DNA of 64,000 bases from an uncultured Planctomycetales bacterium. Lineage in GTDB: Bacteria > Omnitrophota > Gorgyraeia > Gygaellales > Profunditerraquicolaceae. The translations under genes and the position numbers were made by a program. The notes below the pieces were generated by a model, which was not told where the DNA came from, ran no database searches, and saw only the letters and a list, made by a program, of their open reading frames with translations. This document shows, piece after piece, positions 45,893-54,905 of this stretch (the stretch's first letter is position 1; each line of letters opens with the position of its first letter). The stretch is from positions 17,163 through 81,162 of the forward strand of contig CAZYCL010000003.1 of assembly GCA_964645795.1 (NCBI GenBank), read 5' to 3'.

Positions 45893-47112
45893 AGATAATC
45901 CGTTTCGGGAATAAGGAATTGGAGAAGATCTATAACCGCGGCCTGATCAGGCAGCGCAGGATCGAGGAGCGCGTAAGAAAGATAATCGACGACGTGCGCT
46001 TGCTGGGCGATGAGGCCCTTCTTAAGTACACCAGGAAGTTCGACAGGGTCAAGCTTTCCTCAAGGCAGCTCAGGGTCCCTGAGATCGAAATAAGCGGCGC
46101 CTACCAGAACATCAGCCCCAACTTCGTTTCTACCTTAAAGCTGATCATTGAGAACGTCAACCGCTTCTACAGTAAATCGATAAAGAAGAGCTGGAGGATG
46201 AAAGATCCCGACGGAGTGGTGCTGGGAGAAAATTATACGCCCCTGGAGAAGGTGGGCGTCTATATACCGGCAGGTACCGCGCCCCTGGTTTCTACCGTCT
46301 ATATGACGGTGCTGCCGGCAAAACTTGCGGGTGTAAAGAAGATCGTGCTGGTCAGCCCCCCTGACCAGCACGGGCACATCAACCCCCATATCCTGGTGGT
46401 GGCCAACCTTTTGAAGGTTGACGAGATATACCGTGTGGGAGGCGCCCAGGCAATCGCAGCGCTTGCTTTCGGGACTAAGACCATCCCCAGGGTCGACAAG
46501 ATCGTCGGGCCCGGAAATGCCTATGTGAGCGAGGCCAAGCGGCAGGTATTCGGGATGGTGGATATCGATATGATCGCCGGCCCCACGGAGCTGGTGATTA
46601 TCGCCAACCGTTACAGCGACCCCAAATTCATCATCGCCGACCTTCGGGCCCAGGCGGAGCACGCCAAGGGGCTGGCGATCCTGATCACTAACTCCAAGAG
46701 CCTGGCTTACGAGATAAGATCGCAGCTGGCCAATTATTGCGGGCACATCATACTGACCAAGAACCTGGAGCAGGCGGTTGAGGCAGCCAACAGGATCGCA
46801 CCGGAGCACCTTGAGATACTTGTCAATAATCCGCAAAGGATAGCCAGGAAGATCGTGAATGCCGGAGCCGTGTTTTTAGGTCCGTACAGCCCGGCAGCTG
46901 TCGGGGATTATGTAGCCGGCCCAAGCCACGTCCTGCCTACTTCGGGCACGGCAAGATTCTCATCGGGCCTGTCTGTCTGCGACTTCATAAAGACCAGCCA
47001 TCTTATCAGCTATCCTAAGAAGGCCCTGGAGAAGATGAAAGACCCGCTTGAGAAGATCGCTAGCATCGAAGGATTAACCCAGCATCTGGATTCGGTAAAG
47101 GCCAGGTTTTAA
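45889..47112 (+). CDS. hisD: Histidinol dehydrogenase
   Basis: 407 aa. ...GPYSPAAVGDYVAGPSHVLPTSGTARFSSGLSV... Confidence 0.9.
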   Translation: MKIIRFGNKELEKIYNRGLIRQRRIEERVRKIIDDVRLLGDEALLKYTRKFDRVKLSSRQLRVPEIEISGAYQNISPNFVSTLKLIIENVNRFYSKSIKKSWRMKDPDGVVLGENYTPLEKVGVYIPAGTAPLVSTVYMTVLPAKLAGVKKIVLVSPPDQHGHINPHILVVANLLKVDEIYRVGGAQAIAALAFGTKTIPRVDKIVGPGNAYVSEAKRQVFGMVDIDMIAGPTELVIIANRYSDPKFIIADLRAQAEHAKGLAILITNSKSLAYEIRSQLANYCGHIILTKNLEQAVEAANRIAPEHLEILVNNPQRIARKIVNAGAVFLGPYSPAAVGDYVAGPSHVLPTSGTARFSSGLSVCDFIKTSHLISYPKKALEKMKDPLEKIASIEGLTQHLDSVKARF

Positions 47113-47125
47113 TCAAGGAGACAAA

Positions 47126-47728
47126 ATGAAGAAGCGCGCTGCGCCCTTAAAAAGAAAGACCAGGGAAACCGATATCACGGTAAAGCTTGCTATCGACGGA
47201 AGCGGGAAATCCCGGATAGACACGGGTATTGGTTTGCTGGACCACATGCTTGAACTGTTTGCCTTTCATGGTCTGTTTGACCTGGATGTCATAGCCAAGG
47301 GCGACCTTAGAGTCGACATTCACCATACCAACGAGGACGTAGGGCTGGTGCTGGGTGAGGTGTTTAAGAAGGCGCTAGGCATGAAAAAGGGTATAAAAAG
47401 GTTCGGCTCGGCAGCTGTCCCCATGGAAGACGTCATTGCCCACGTGGTCCTGGATGTAAGCGGCAGGGGCTCGTTTAAGCTTATAACGGATGCCGGTAGT
47501 CAAATGCCGCAACCCCATGAAGGTTACGCCTTGAAGGACGCGGAGCATTTTTTTGAAGCCTTCGCAATACATGCGGGCCTGAATTTAAATATTACGGTGA
47601 ACTTGGTCGGAGACTTGCATACTGTATTGGAGCCTGTTTTTAAGGCATTGGGGCTTGCCCTTGATCAGGCCACTCAGATCGACCCGAGAAGAAAAGGCGT
47701 TCCTTCCACCAAAGGGCTTATTGATTAG
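47126..47728 (+). CDS. hisB: Imidazoleglycerol-phosphate dehydratase
   Basis: ...RKTRETDITVKL..., ...DTGIGLLDHML..., ...HHTNEDVGLVLG... motifs. Confidence 0.9.
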   Translation: MKKRAAPLKRKTRETDITVKLAIDGSGKSRIDTGIGLLDHMLELFAFHGLFDLDVIAKGDLRVDIHHTNEDVGLVLGEVFKKALGMKKGIKRFGSAAVPMEDVIAHVVLDVSGRGSFKLITDAGSQMPQPHEGYALKDAEHFFEAFAIHAGLNLNITVNLVGDLHTVLEPVFKALGLALDQATQIDPRRKGVPSTKGLID

Positions 47729-47742
47729 GGCGTTAAAATATT

Positions 47743-48357
47743 ATGGGTGCCATAGCTATCGTAGATTACGGCATGGGCAATATCCACAGCGTCAAGAAAG
47801 CGCTGGAGAGCTGCGGGGCTAAGGCGTTGGTTGCAAATAACAGTTCTGACATTAAGGGCTGCTCAAAGATCGTCTTGCCAGGGGTAGGCGCGTTTGATGA
47901 GGCAATGGTTGAGCTGCGCAAGCTGGGATTGGCGGAGTTTTTAAAAGACGAAGCCCTGAGCGGCAAGCCTTTTATCGGCATATGTCTGGGGATGCAGCTT
48001 CTTTTTGAAGCAAGTAATGAGGCGCAGAAAGAGCAGGGTTTGGGTATGATCAAGGGCAGGGTAGTCAAGATCGAAGGGCGCGGCCTTAAGGTCCCCCACA
48101 TGGGCTGGAACCAGCTTATACAGTTATCCGCGGGCTGCCCGTTGTTAAATGGCGTGGCAGACGGCGCTTACGTTTACTTCTGCCATTCTTATTATGCCAG
48201 ATGCCGCGATATGGCCAATGTCAGCGCGGTTACCGAATACGGGGAAAAGCTTGCTGCCGTGGTCAACAGCGGAAATGTTTATGGGGTCCAGTTCCATCCC
48301 GAGAAAAGCCAGTCGACAGGCCTTAAGATCATCGATAATTTCGTCAATTTATGCTGA
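47743..48357 (+). CDS. hisH: Imidazole glycerol phosphate synthase, glutamine amidotransferase subunit
   Basis: ...IAIVDYGMGNIHSV..., ...GICLGMQLLF... (catalytic Cys), ...GVQFHPEKS... Confidence 0.9.
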   Translation: MGAIAIVDYGMGNIHSVKKALESCGAKALVANNSSDIKGCSKIVLPGVGAFDEAMVELRKLGLAEFLKDEALSGKPFIGICLGMQLLFEASNEAQKEQGLGMIKGRVVKIEGRGLKVPHMGWNQLIQLSAGCPLLNGVADGAYVYFCHSYYARCRDMANVSAVTEYGEKLAAVVNSGNVYGVQFHPEKSQSTGLKIIDNFVNLC

Positions 48358-49070
48358 TCATACCCGCGATAGACCTCAAGGACGGCTGCGTTGTGAGATA
48401 CGTGCAGGGGGAGCGCGATAAAAAGATCTATTCGCCTGATCCCCTGAGCGCCGCCAGGTTCTGGGCTAAGCAGGGAGCAAAATTTTTACATTTGGTCGAT
48501 CTTGACGGAGCCTTTAGCGGCAGGCCCGGAAATTTAACGGCGCTAAAGGCCATTGCTAAAGGCTGCAGCGCGGGCTTTGAGTTCGGGGGAGGTTTGCGCT
48601 CATTTGCTGCAGTGGAGAAGGTGTTAAGCCTGGGGGCAAAGAGGGCGGTTTTGGGCACCAGGGCAATCGAAGACCTTGATTTCCTGAGGACGGCTTACAG
48701 GTATTTTAAGAAACGCGTGATTGTCAGCCTCGATGCCAGAAAGGACCGTCTGGCGGTAAAGGGGTGGAAGAAGAGCTCCTGCAGATTAGGGCTTTTTGAG
48801 TATGGCCTGATGCTTAAAAGCATGGGCATGGAAGAGGTTATCTATACCGATGTATTTAAGGACGGGATGCTCTGCGGCCCCAATATAATGATGATAAGGC
48901 AGCTTCTGCGTCAAACCGGGTTAAAGGTAGTGGCTTCCGGGGGCATATCTAAGCTCGGGGACCTGCGCAGGCTTAAGTCCATTGAAAGGCAGGGTGTGGT
49001 AGGGGCAATAATCGGAAAGGCGCTTTACGAGGGCAGGTTTACCCTCTCACAGGCGCTAAAGCTAAGTTGA
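48351..49070 (+). CDS. hisA: ProFAR isomerase
   Basis: MLIIPAIDLKDGCVVR...; (beta/alpha)8 HisA pattern. Confidence 0.9.
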   Translation: MLIIPAIDLKDGCVVRYVQGERDKKIYSPDPLSAARFWAKQGAKFLHLVDLDGAFSGRPGNLTALKAIAKGCSAGFEFGGGLRSFAAVEKVLSLGAKRAVLGTRAIEDLDFLRTAYRYFKKRVIVSLDARKDRLAVKGWKKSSCRLGLFEYGLMLKSMGMEEVIYTDVFKDGMLCGPNIMMIRQLLRQTGLKVVASGGISKLGDLRRLKSIERQGVVGAIIGKALYEGRFTLSQALKLS

Positions 49071-49095
49071 GGGGCAGCTGAAAGGGGGAACAGCT

Positions 49096-49533
49096 ATGTT
49101 GAGGAGGGCAACGGTTTTAGTGGCGTTGGTATCTTTTGTCTTTACACTTTCAGGGTGCGCTTCAGCGCGCAAAAAGAAGGATCTGGAGATAAAAGAGCTG
49201 AAGAATCAGGTATCTCTCCTTGAATCTCAGATGCAGTCCAAGGAAGAAGAAGTAAGCATTTTAAGGCAGGCTTTGGCGGATGAGAAGGAAGCCGCTATAA
49301 GGTCGACTTCGTTTTCCATCCCTGAAACAAAATCCAGGCCAAGCTCAAAACAGGTCCAGATCGCGCTAAGGAACGCGGGCTACTACTCCGGGAATATTGA
49401 CGGAAAGCTCGGAAGGCAGTCGAGAGAGGCGATCAGGCAGTTCCAGAGGGCGAATAATATCAAGGTGGACGGGAAAGTCGGCAAGATGACCTGGGCGATC
49501 CTCAGGGATTACCTGGAGCAGAAGGTAAAATAG
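49096..49533 (+). CDS. Lipoprotein with coiled-coil and peptidoglycan-binding (PG_binding_1) domain, embedded in the his operon
   Basis: Signal peptide plus lipobox ...FTLSGC. Coiled coil ...[31 protein letters not shown].... C-terminal ...[50 protein letters not shown]... is a PG_binding_1 repeat. Confidence 0.6.
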   Translation: MLRRATVLVALVSFVFTLSGCASARKKKDLEIKELKNQVSLLESQMQSKEEEVSILRQALADEKEAAIRSTSFSIPETKSRPSSKQVQIALRNAGYYSGNIDGKLGRQSREAIRQFQRANNIKVDGKVGKMTWAILRDYLEQKVK

Positions 49534-50291
49534 TGGGTCTGGCCAAGAGGATAATACCTTGCCTGGACATCAAAGAGGGCCGGGTGGTAAAAGGGGTCAG
49601 GTTCCTCGGATTAAAAGACGCCGGTGACCCTGTCGAGGTGGCAGCGGCCTACGACCGCCAGGGCGCCGATGAACTGGTATTTTTAGATATCACGGCAAGC
49701 TTCGAGAAGAGGAAGATCCTCATTGATCTTGTCGAGAGGATCGCCAAGAATATTTTCATGCCCTTTACGGTCGGAGGCGGTGTAAGGGACTGCGCGGATA
49801 TCCGCCAGCTTCTGAATGCCGGCGCCGAAAAAGTCTCCGTAAATACCCAGGCGGTAGAGTACCCGGAGTTTATTACGGATGCTTCACGCAGATTCGGGAG
49901 CCAGTGCGTTGTCCTGGCCATCGACGCCAGAAGAGAAGCCCAGGCCTGGAGGGTTTATATCCACGGAGGAAGGACGCCTACGGGCTTAGATGCCGTGGAG
50001 TGGGCCAAAAAGGCTGTGGACCTGGGCGCCGGAGAGATACTTCTTACCAGCATGGATTATGACGGCACCAAAGACGGTTTTGACCTTAGCTTGACTAAGG
50101 CCGTGGCCAGCGCCGTGCGCGTGCCGGTGATAGCTTCTGGCGGCGCAGGAAGACAGGAGCATTTTTTGGATGTATTTGGGAAATCAGGGGCAGACGCGGC
50201 GCTGGCGGCATCGGTATTCCATTATCAGGAGCTCGACGTCAGGCAGGTCAAAGAGTATCTGGCCCAGAGAGGAGTGGCGGTACGATTATGA
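49533..50291 (+). CDS. hisF: Imidazole glycerol phosphate synthase, cyclase subunit
   Basis: ...[16 protein letters not shown]..., ...[11 protein letters not shown]..., ...GGGVRD... Confidence 0.95.
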   Translation: MGLAKRIIPCLDIKEGRVVKGVRFLGLKDAGDPVEVAAAYDRQGADELVFLDITASFEKRKILIDLVERIAKNIFMPFTVGGGVRDCADIRQLLNAGAEKVSVNTQAVEYPEFITDASRRFGSQCVVLAIDARREAQAWRVYIHGGRTPTGLDAVEWAKKAVDLGAGEILLTSMDYDGTKDGFDLSLTKAVASAVRVPVIASGGAGRQEHFLDVFGKSGADAALAASVFHYQELDVRQVKEYLAQRGVAVRL

Positions 50292-50614
50292 AAGCTTTTA
50301 AACTCTCAAGCCTGAGGTTCGATAAAAACGGCCTGATCCCGGCGATCATTCAGGACTGGCGCACCAATGAGGTGCTGATGCTGGCCTACATGAACAGGGA
50401 GTCGCTTAAGCGAACATTGAAAGGCAAAAAAACCTGTTTCTGGTCGAGGTCCAGAAAAGAATATTGGGTCAAGGGGGCCACCTCGGGTAATTTTCAGTTT
50501 GTAAAATCAGTTTCTTACGATTGCGACATGGACGCCCTGCTCATAAAGGTAAGGCAGGTAGGAGTGGCCTGTCATACCGGCAAGCGCAGTTGTTTTTACA
50601 GGAAAATCAGATGA
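50288..50614 (+). CDS. hisI: Phosphoribosyl-AMP cyclohydrolase (no fused HisE domain)
   Basis: 108 aa. ...[26 protein letters not shown]..., ...[10 protein letters not shown]..., ...CHTGKRSCF... Confidence 0.85.
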   Translation: MKAFKLSSLRFDKNGLIPAIIQDWRTNEVLMLAYMNRESLKRTLKGKKTCFWSRSRKEYWVKGATSGNFQFVKSVSYDCDMDALLIKVRQVGVACHTGKRSCFYRKIR

Positions 50615-52101
50615 AGATCTATCCGGATTTGAAAGAGTTCTTGAGGCTATCCAGGAAAGGAAATGTCATCCCTGTTTTCGCGGATATGAACGCGGATACG
50701 GATACGCCGGTATCGGCCTTCTTGAAGCTTAAAGACGGCGGCTATTCCTTTCTCTTGGAGTCGGTAGAAGGGCAGGAGAAGATCGCCCGTTATTCGTTCC
50801 TGGGCGCCAATCCCGCATTGATATTTCGAAGCAGCGGCAGCAATATCGAGATCATCCAGCCGAAAAAAGGCATCATAAAGCGTTTTGCCTGCGTTGATAC
50901 GCCTTTGGATGAGATCAGGCGCTTGATGACCGAGTTCAAGCCCGTCGCTATCGACGGGCTGCCGCGTTTTTACGGGGGCTTGGTCGGATACCTCTCTTAC
51001 GATATGGTGCGTTTTTTCGAAAAGATACCGGACGGCAACCCGGACACTCTCGGGATACCTGAGAGCGTCTTTATGCTTACCGACAGCATGATCGTTTTTG
51101 ACCATTTCAAACACAGGTTGAAAATAGTCTACAACGTAATCCTGCCCGGCGACGACAGGTTTCTAAGCAGGAGAGGGAAAAGGAAGGCTTATGAGGATGC
51201 CAGGCGCTGCATCATGGCCTTGTCAAAGCAGCTGTCTGCACCGGCCAGGCGCAGCCAGCAGAAGCATCCGGGCAAAGCATATCCCGTTGCCTCAGAGATC
51301 TCCAGGGCCGGTTTTAAGAATATGGTCTCCAGGGCCAAGTCTTACATCAGGCGCGGGGACGTTATTCAGGTGGTGCTTTCCCAGAGGTTCAGGTCCAGGA
51401 CCGACAAGAAGCATTTCGATATTTACCGTAACCTGCGCAGCCTCAATCCTTCCCCGTACATGTTCTTTCTTAAATTAGGCGATTTCTCCCTGGTCGGTTC
51501 TTCTCCGGAGATGCTGGTGCGTTGCGAAGGGGATAATATTCAGATGCGGCCCATAGCCGGGACCAGGCCGCGTTCGTCGCTGGAGGCCCAGGACCTGAAG
51601 TTCGAAAGTCAGCTAAGGAAGAGCAGGAAAGAGAGGGCTGAGCACATCATGCTCGTGGATCTTGGCAGGAATGACCTCGGACGCATATGCAGGACCGCAA
51701 GCGTCAAAGTCGAGGAGTTCATGAGCGTGGAGAGGTATTCTCACGTGATGCACCTGGTTAGCTGCGTAAAAGGATTACTTGACAACAAGCGTCATGATAT
51801 TTATGATGTTTTAAAAGCGACATTCCCCGCGGGGACAGTTTCGGGCAGCCCCAAGATAAGGGCGATGGAGATTATCGATGAGCTGGAGGGTGCGCGGCGC
51901 TCCAGTTACGCCGGATGCGTCGGTTACATCAGCTTTTCGAAGAACCTGGATACTTGCATTACTATCAGGACCATACTTTTAAAGGGCAAAGACGTTTTCA
52001 TTCAGGCGGGCGCCGGGATTGTCGCGGACAGCGACCCGCAAAGAGAGTATCAGGAGACGGTCAATAAAGCAAAGGCCTTATTTGAGGCATTGAGCAGATA
52101 A
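50611..52101 (+). CDS. trpE: Chorismate-utilising enzyme, anthranilate synthase component I / PabB family
   Basis: ...[16 protein letters not shown]..., ...[12 protein letters not shown]..., ...[19 protein letters not shown]..., ...[10 protein letters not shown].... Start at the ATG at 50611, an ATGA overlap with the hisI stop. The longer track ORF from 50521 overlaps hisI out of frame. Confidence 0.8.
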   Translation: MKIYPDLKEFLRLSRKGNVIPVFADMNADTDTPVSAFLKLKDGGYSFLLESVEGQEKIARYSFLGANPALIFRSSGSNIEIIQPKKGIIKRFACVDTPLDEIRRLMTEFKPVAIDGLPRFYGGLVGYLSYDMVRFFEKIPDGNPDTLGIPESVFMLTDSMIVFDHFKHRLKIVYNVILPGDDRFLSRRGKRKAYEDARRCIMALSKQLSAPARRSQQKHPGKAYPVASEISRAGFKNMVSRAKSYIRRGDVIQVVLSQRFRSRTDKKHFDIYRNLRSLNPSPYMFFLKLGDFSLVGSSPEMLVRCEGDNIQMRPIAGTRPRSSLEAQDLKFESQLRKSRKERAEHIMLVDLGRNDLGRICRTASVKVEEFMSVERYSHVMHLVSCVKGLLDNKRHDIYDVLKATFPAGTVSGSPKIRAMEIIDELEGARRSSYAGCVGYISFSKNLDTCITIRTILLKGKDVFIQAGAGIVADSDPQREYQETVNKAKALFEALSR

Positions 52102-52120
52102 TCACGATAGGAGGATCCGA

Positions 52121-52366
52121 ATGGCAGTAAGGATAAGGTTAAGAAGAATAGGAAAAAACCCGAAGGGCAAACCACATTTCAGGCTTAGCGTTTTTGAAGA
52201 GACCAAGGGCCGCGACAGCAGAGTGATAGAGGAGCTGGGTTTTTACAACCCTTTGAACGGCCAGATCCGTTTAAAGACTGATAAGATAGAAGAGTGGGTC
52301 AAGAACGGCGCGCAGTTGTCAGCTACTGCCAGCAGCCTGCTAAAAAGAGCGAAAAAAGGAGCTTAG
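52121..52366 (+). CDS. rpsP: 30S ribosomal protein S16
   Basis: MAVRIRLRRIGKNPKGKPHFRLSV... Confidence 0.9.
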   Translation: MAVRIRLRRIGKNPKGKPHFRLSVFEETKGRDSRVIEELGFYNPLNGQIRLKTDKIEEWVKNGAQLSATASSLLKRAKKGA

Positions 52367-52367
52367 T

Positions 52368-52664
52368 ATGCCTCAAGGACAGTCCGTTAACCCGGTTTTG
52401 AACCTTTTGCCCCTGTTATTTATCTTCGCGATATTTTACTTCATGCTTATCAGGCCGCAGAAGGCCAAGGAAAGACAGCATCAGAATATGCTAAAGAATC
52501 TGGCTAAAAACGATGAGGCGGTGACTACCGGCGGCATACACGGCACTATCGTAGGGGTCAAGGAGAAGACCGTGGTGCTGCGTATCGATGATAACGTTAA
52601 GATCGAGGTGGAAAAGAGCTGCATTGCTTTTGTAAAGAAATCCCAGGCCGCGGCAGGCTCTTAA
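52368..52664 (+). CDS. yajC: Preprotein translocase subunit YajC
   Basis: ...LLFIFAIFYFMLIRPQKAKERQHQNMLKNLAKNDEAVTTGGIHGTIVGV... Confidence 0.85.
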   Translation: MPQGQSVNPVLNLLPLLFIFAIFYFMLIRPQKAKERQHQNMLKNLAKNDEAVTTGGIHGTIVGVKEKTVVLRIDDNVKIEVEKSCIAFVKKSQAAAGS

Positions 52665-52682
52665 GGGATTCGGACAGGAAAG

Positions 52683-54890
52683 ATGGAACGCAGGACTCTG
52701 ACAAAATCATTTTTGATCCTGGCGGTCTTCGGGTTAGCCGCTTACTTTGCCTTCCCGCTTAATAAACGCATAAACCTCGGTTTGGACCTGCAGGGGGGGA
52801 TGCATCTTCTGCTTAAGGTAGATACTTCGCATCTTTCCGGCCAGGCTAAGGTCGATGCCGCTGACAGGGCTGTTGAGGTCATCCGTAACAGGATAGACCA
52901 GTTCGGGGTCAGGGAGACCTCTATTCAGAAGCAGGGCGATGATGAGGTGATCGTGCAGCTGCCCGGAGTTACCGACAGGGACAGGGCCCTGGAGATCATC
53001 GGCAGGACCGCAATGCTGGAGTTTAAGCTTGTGTTGAACGATCCCGTGAAGCTGCAGCAGGCCTTGCAGGGTAATATTGAGCAAGGTTATGAATTGAAGT
53101 ACACGCAGGACGACAATGAGCCTTTGTTGCTGGAGCAGGCGGTTTCTCTTAGCGGCGCTACGCTCACCAATGCCTCGGTCCAATTCAGCCAGAGCCAGTT
53201 TAACGAGCCGACCGTGTCCCTGCAATTCAATCCCGAGGGGGCCAAGAAGTTCGCGCAGCTTACCGCGGATAACGTCGGCAGGAGGCTGGCGATCGTGCTT
53301 GACGGTAAGGTTCAGTCAGCTCCCAATATCCGCGAGGCCATTCCGTCGGGCGAGGCGGTGATCACGGGGAGGTTCTCTATCGAGCAGGCGCAGGATCTGG
53401 CCCTTATCCTGAGGGTAGGCGCGCTGCCAGCCCCAATGCACGTGGAAGAAGAGAGGACTATCGGCCCGCTGCTTGGGCAGGACTCGATAAACAAGGGAGT
53501 CAAGGCCAGCATCATCGGCTGCTGCCTGATCTTCATTTTTATGGCCGTCTACTATCTCTTGCCCGGCCTTATCAGCGATATTGCATTGTTCATGAACCTG
53601 ATCATGGTGCTGGGCGGATTAGGGATGCTGCCGGTGTTGTTTCCCGGGATATCGGCTACCCTTACGCTTCCCGGTATCGCAGGTATCGCGCTCTCATTGG
53701 GTATGGCAGTGGATGCCAATGTCCTTATAAACGAGCGCATCAGGGAAGAGCTGGCCCTCGGCAAGAATATCAGGGCCGCTATTGCCAACGGTTACAACCG
53801 TGCTTTTACCGCCATATTGGACTCCAACGTTACCACTCTGATCGCGGCTTTCCTCCTTTTTCAGTTCGGCACCGGTCCCATCAGGGGCTTTGCGGTCACG
53901 CTTACCATCGGTTTGATCTCAAGCCTTTTTACCGCAGTCATCGTAACCCGCACGATACTTGAGCTGTTGCTGCATTTCGGCATCATCAAAAAATCCCTGC
54001 CCATGCTGCACCTGATCAAGACCACGAAGCTCGATTTTATCGGTAAGAGAAGGATATTTTACGTTATTTCGCTGATACTTATCGCCGTCGGGCTTTTTTC
54101 CTTCTTTAAAAGAGGATCCGAGGCCTACGGCATAGATTTCTCGGGAGGCCAGATCCAGGAGTACGGCTTTAAGGATGCGCCTTCCCCGGACAAGGTAAGA
54201 GAGACGCTTAAGAAGGTGGGCCTGGCGGATGCCTCGATCCAGCAGTTCGCAGAGGAGGCCCGCCATATCCTTATCAGGACCACCGAGGACAGCAGCCGCG
54301 TTATCACCGACTGTCTCAGGGAGGCTTTCCCGTCTCAGGATATACAGGTGCTGCGCATCGAAAGGGTCGGGCCGGTAGCCGGAAGGTATCTCAAGGGTAA
54401 AGCTAGCGCTGCCTTGATATGGGCGCTGGTAGGGATCCTGGTCTATGTCGCCTTCAGGTTCAAGCATCTTAACTTCGCGGCAGCCGGCGTTATCGCCCTC
54501 CTGCATGACGTTGTCATCGCCCTGGGTTTTTTGGCAATGACGGGCAGGCAGATAGACCTTTTAAGCATAACCGCATTTCTTACCATCGCAGGTTTCTCCA
54601 TCAACGACACAATCGTTATCTATGACAGGGTAAGGGAAAACAGCAGGCTTTACCGCAAGCTTTCGCTGTACGAGCTTATAAACCTTAGCGTCAATCAAAC
54701 CCTGGGTCGGACCCTCTTAACTTCGGGTATTACCCTGCTGTCGGTCCTGGCCATTCTTTTTTACGGAGGGGAGATCCTGAGCAACTTTGCCTTCACCCTT
54801 TTTGTCGGCTTCATCTCCGGGGTTTACTCGACGATCTACATAGCTTCGCCCCTTATCCTTGCCTGGAGCCGCCGCCCGGCTTCGAAGTAA
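52683..54890 (+). CDS. secDF: Fused protein-export membrane protein SecD/SecF
   Basis: 735 aa. SecD periplasmic head and TM bundle, followed by a second SecF-like 6-TM bundle (...GFSINDTIVIYDRVREN...). Confidence 0.9.
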   Translation: MERRTLTKSFLILAVFGLAAYFAFPLNKRINLGLDLQGGMHLLLKVDTSHLSGQAKVDAADRAVEVIRNRIDQFGVRETSIQKQGDDEVIVQLPGVTDRDRALEIIGRTAMLEFKLVLNDPVKLQQALQGNIEQGYELKYTQDDNEPLLLEQAVSLSGATLTNASVQFSQSQFNEPTVSLQFNPEGAKKFAQLTADNVGRRLAIVLDGKVQSAPNIREAIPSGEAVITGRFSIEQAQDLALILRVGALPAPMHVEEERTIGPLLGQDSINKGVKASIIGCCLIFIFMAVYYLLPGLISDIALFMNLIMVLGGLGMLPVLFPGISATLTLPGIAGIALSLGMAVDANVLINERIREELALGKNIRAAIANGYNRAFTAILDSNVTTLIAAFLLFQFGTGPIRGFAVTLTIGLISSLFTAVIVTRTILELLLHFGIIKKSLPMLHLIKTTKLDFIGKRRIFYVISLILIAVGLFSFFKRGSEAYGIDFSGGQIQEYGFKDAPSPDKVRETLKKVGLADASIQQFAEEARHILIRTTEDSSRVITDCLREAFPSQDIQVLRIERVGPVAGRYLKGKASAALIWALVGILVYVAFRFKHLNFAAAGVIALLHDVVIALGFLAMTGRQIDLLSITAFLTIAGFSINDTIVIYDRVRENSRLYRKLSLYELINLSVNQTLGRTLLTSGITLLSVLAILFYGGEILSNFAFTLFVGFISGVYSTIYIASPLILAWSRRPASK

Positions 54891-54905
54891 TCTCCGTTTT
54901 TTGCG

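Noticed and set aside
46135-46836. 233-aa minus-strand ORF inside hisD
   Set aside because: Antisense to hisD and shows no conserved motifs. Shadow ORF.
50521-50610. 90-nt upstream extension of the trpE-like ORF
   Set aside because: It overlaps hisI in another frame. The conserved TrpE/PabB N-terminus starts at [10 protein letters not shown] (50611), with an ATGA coupling to the hisI stop.
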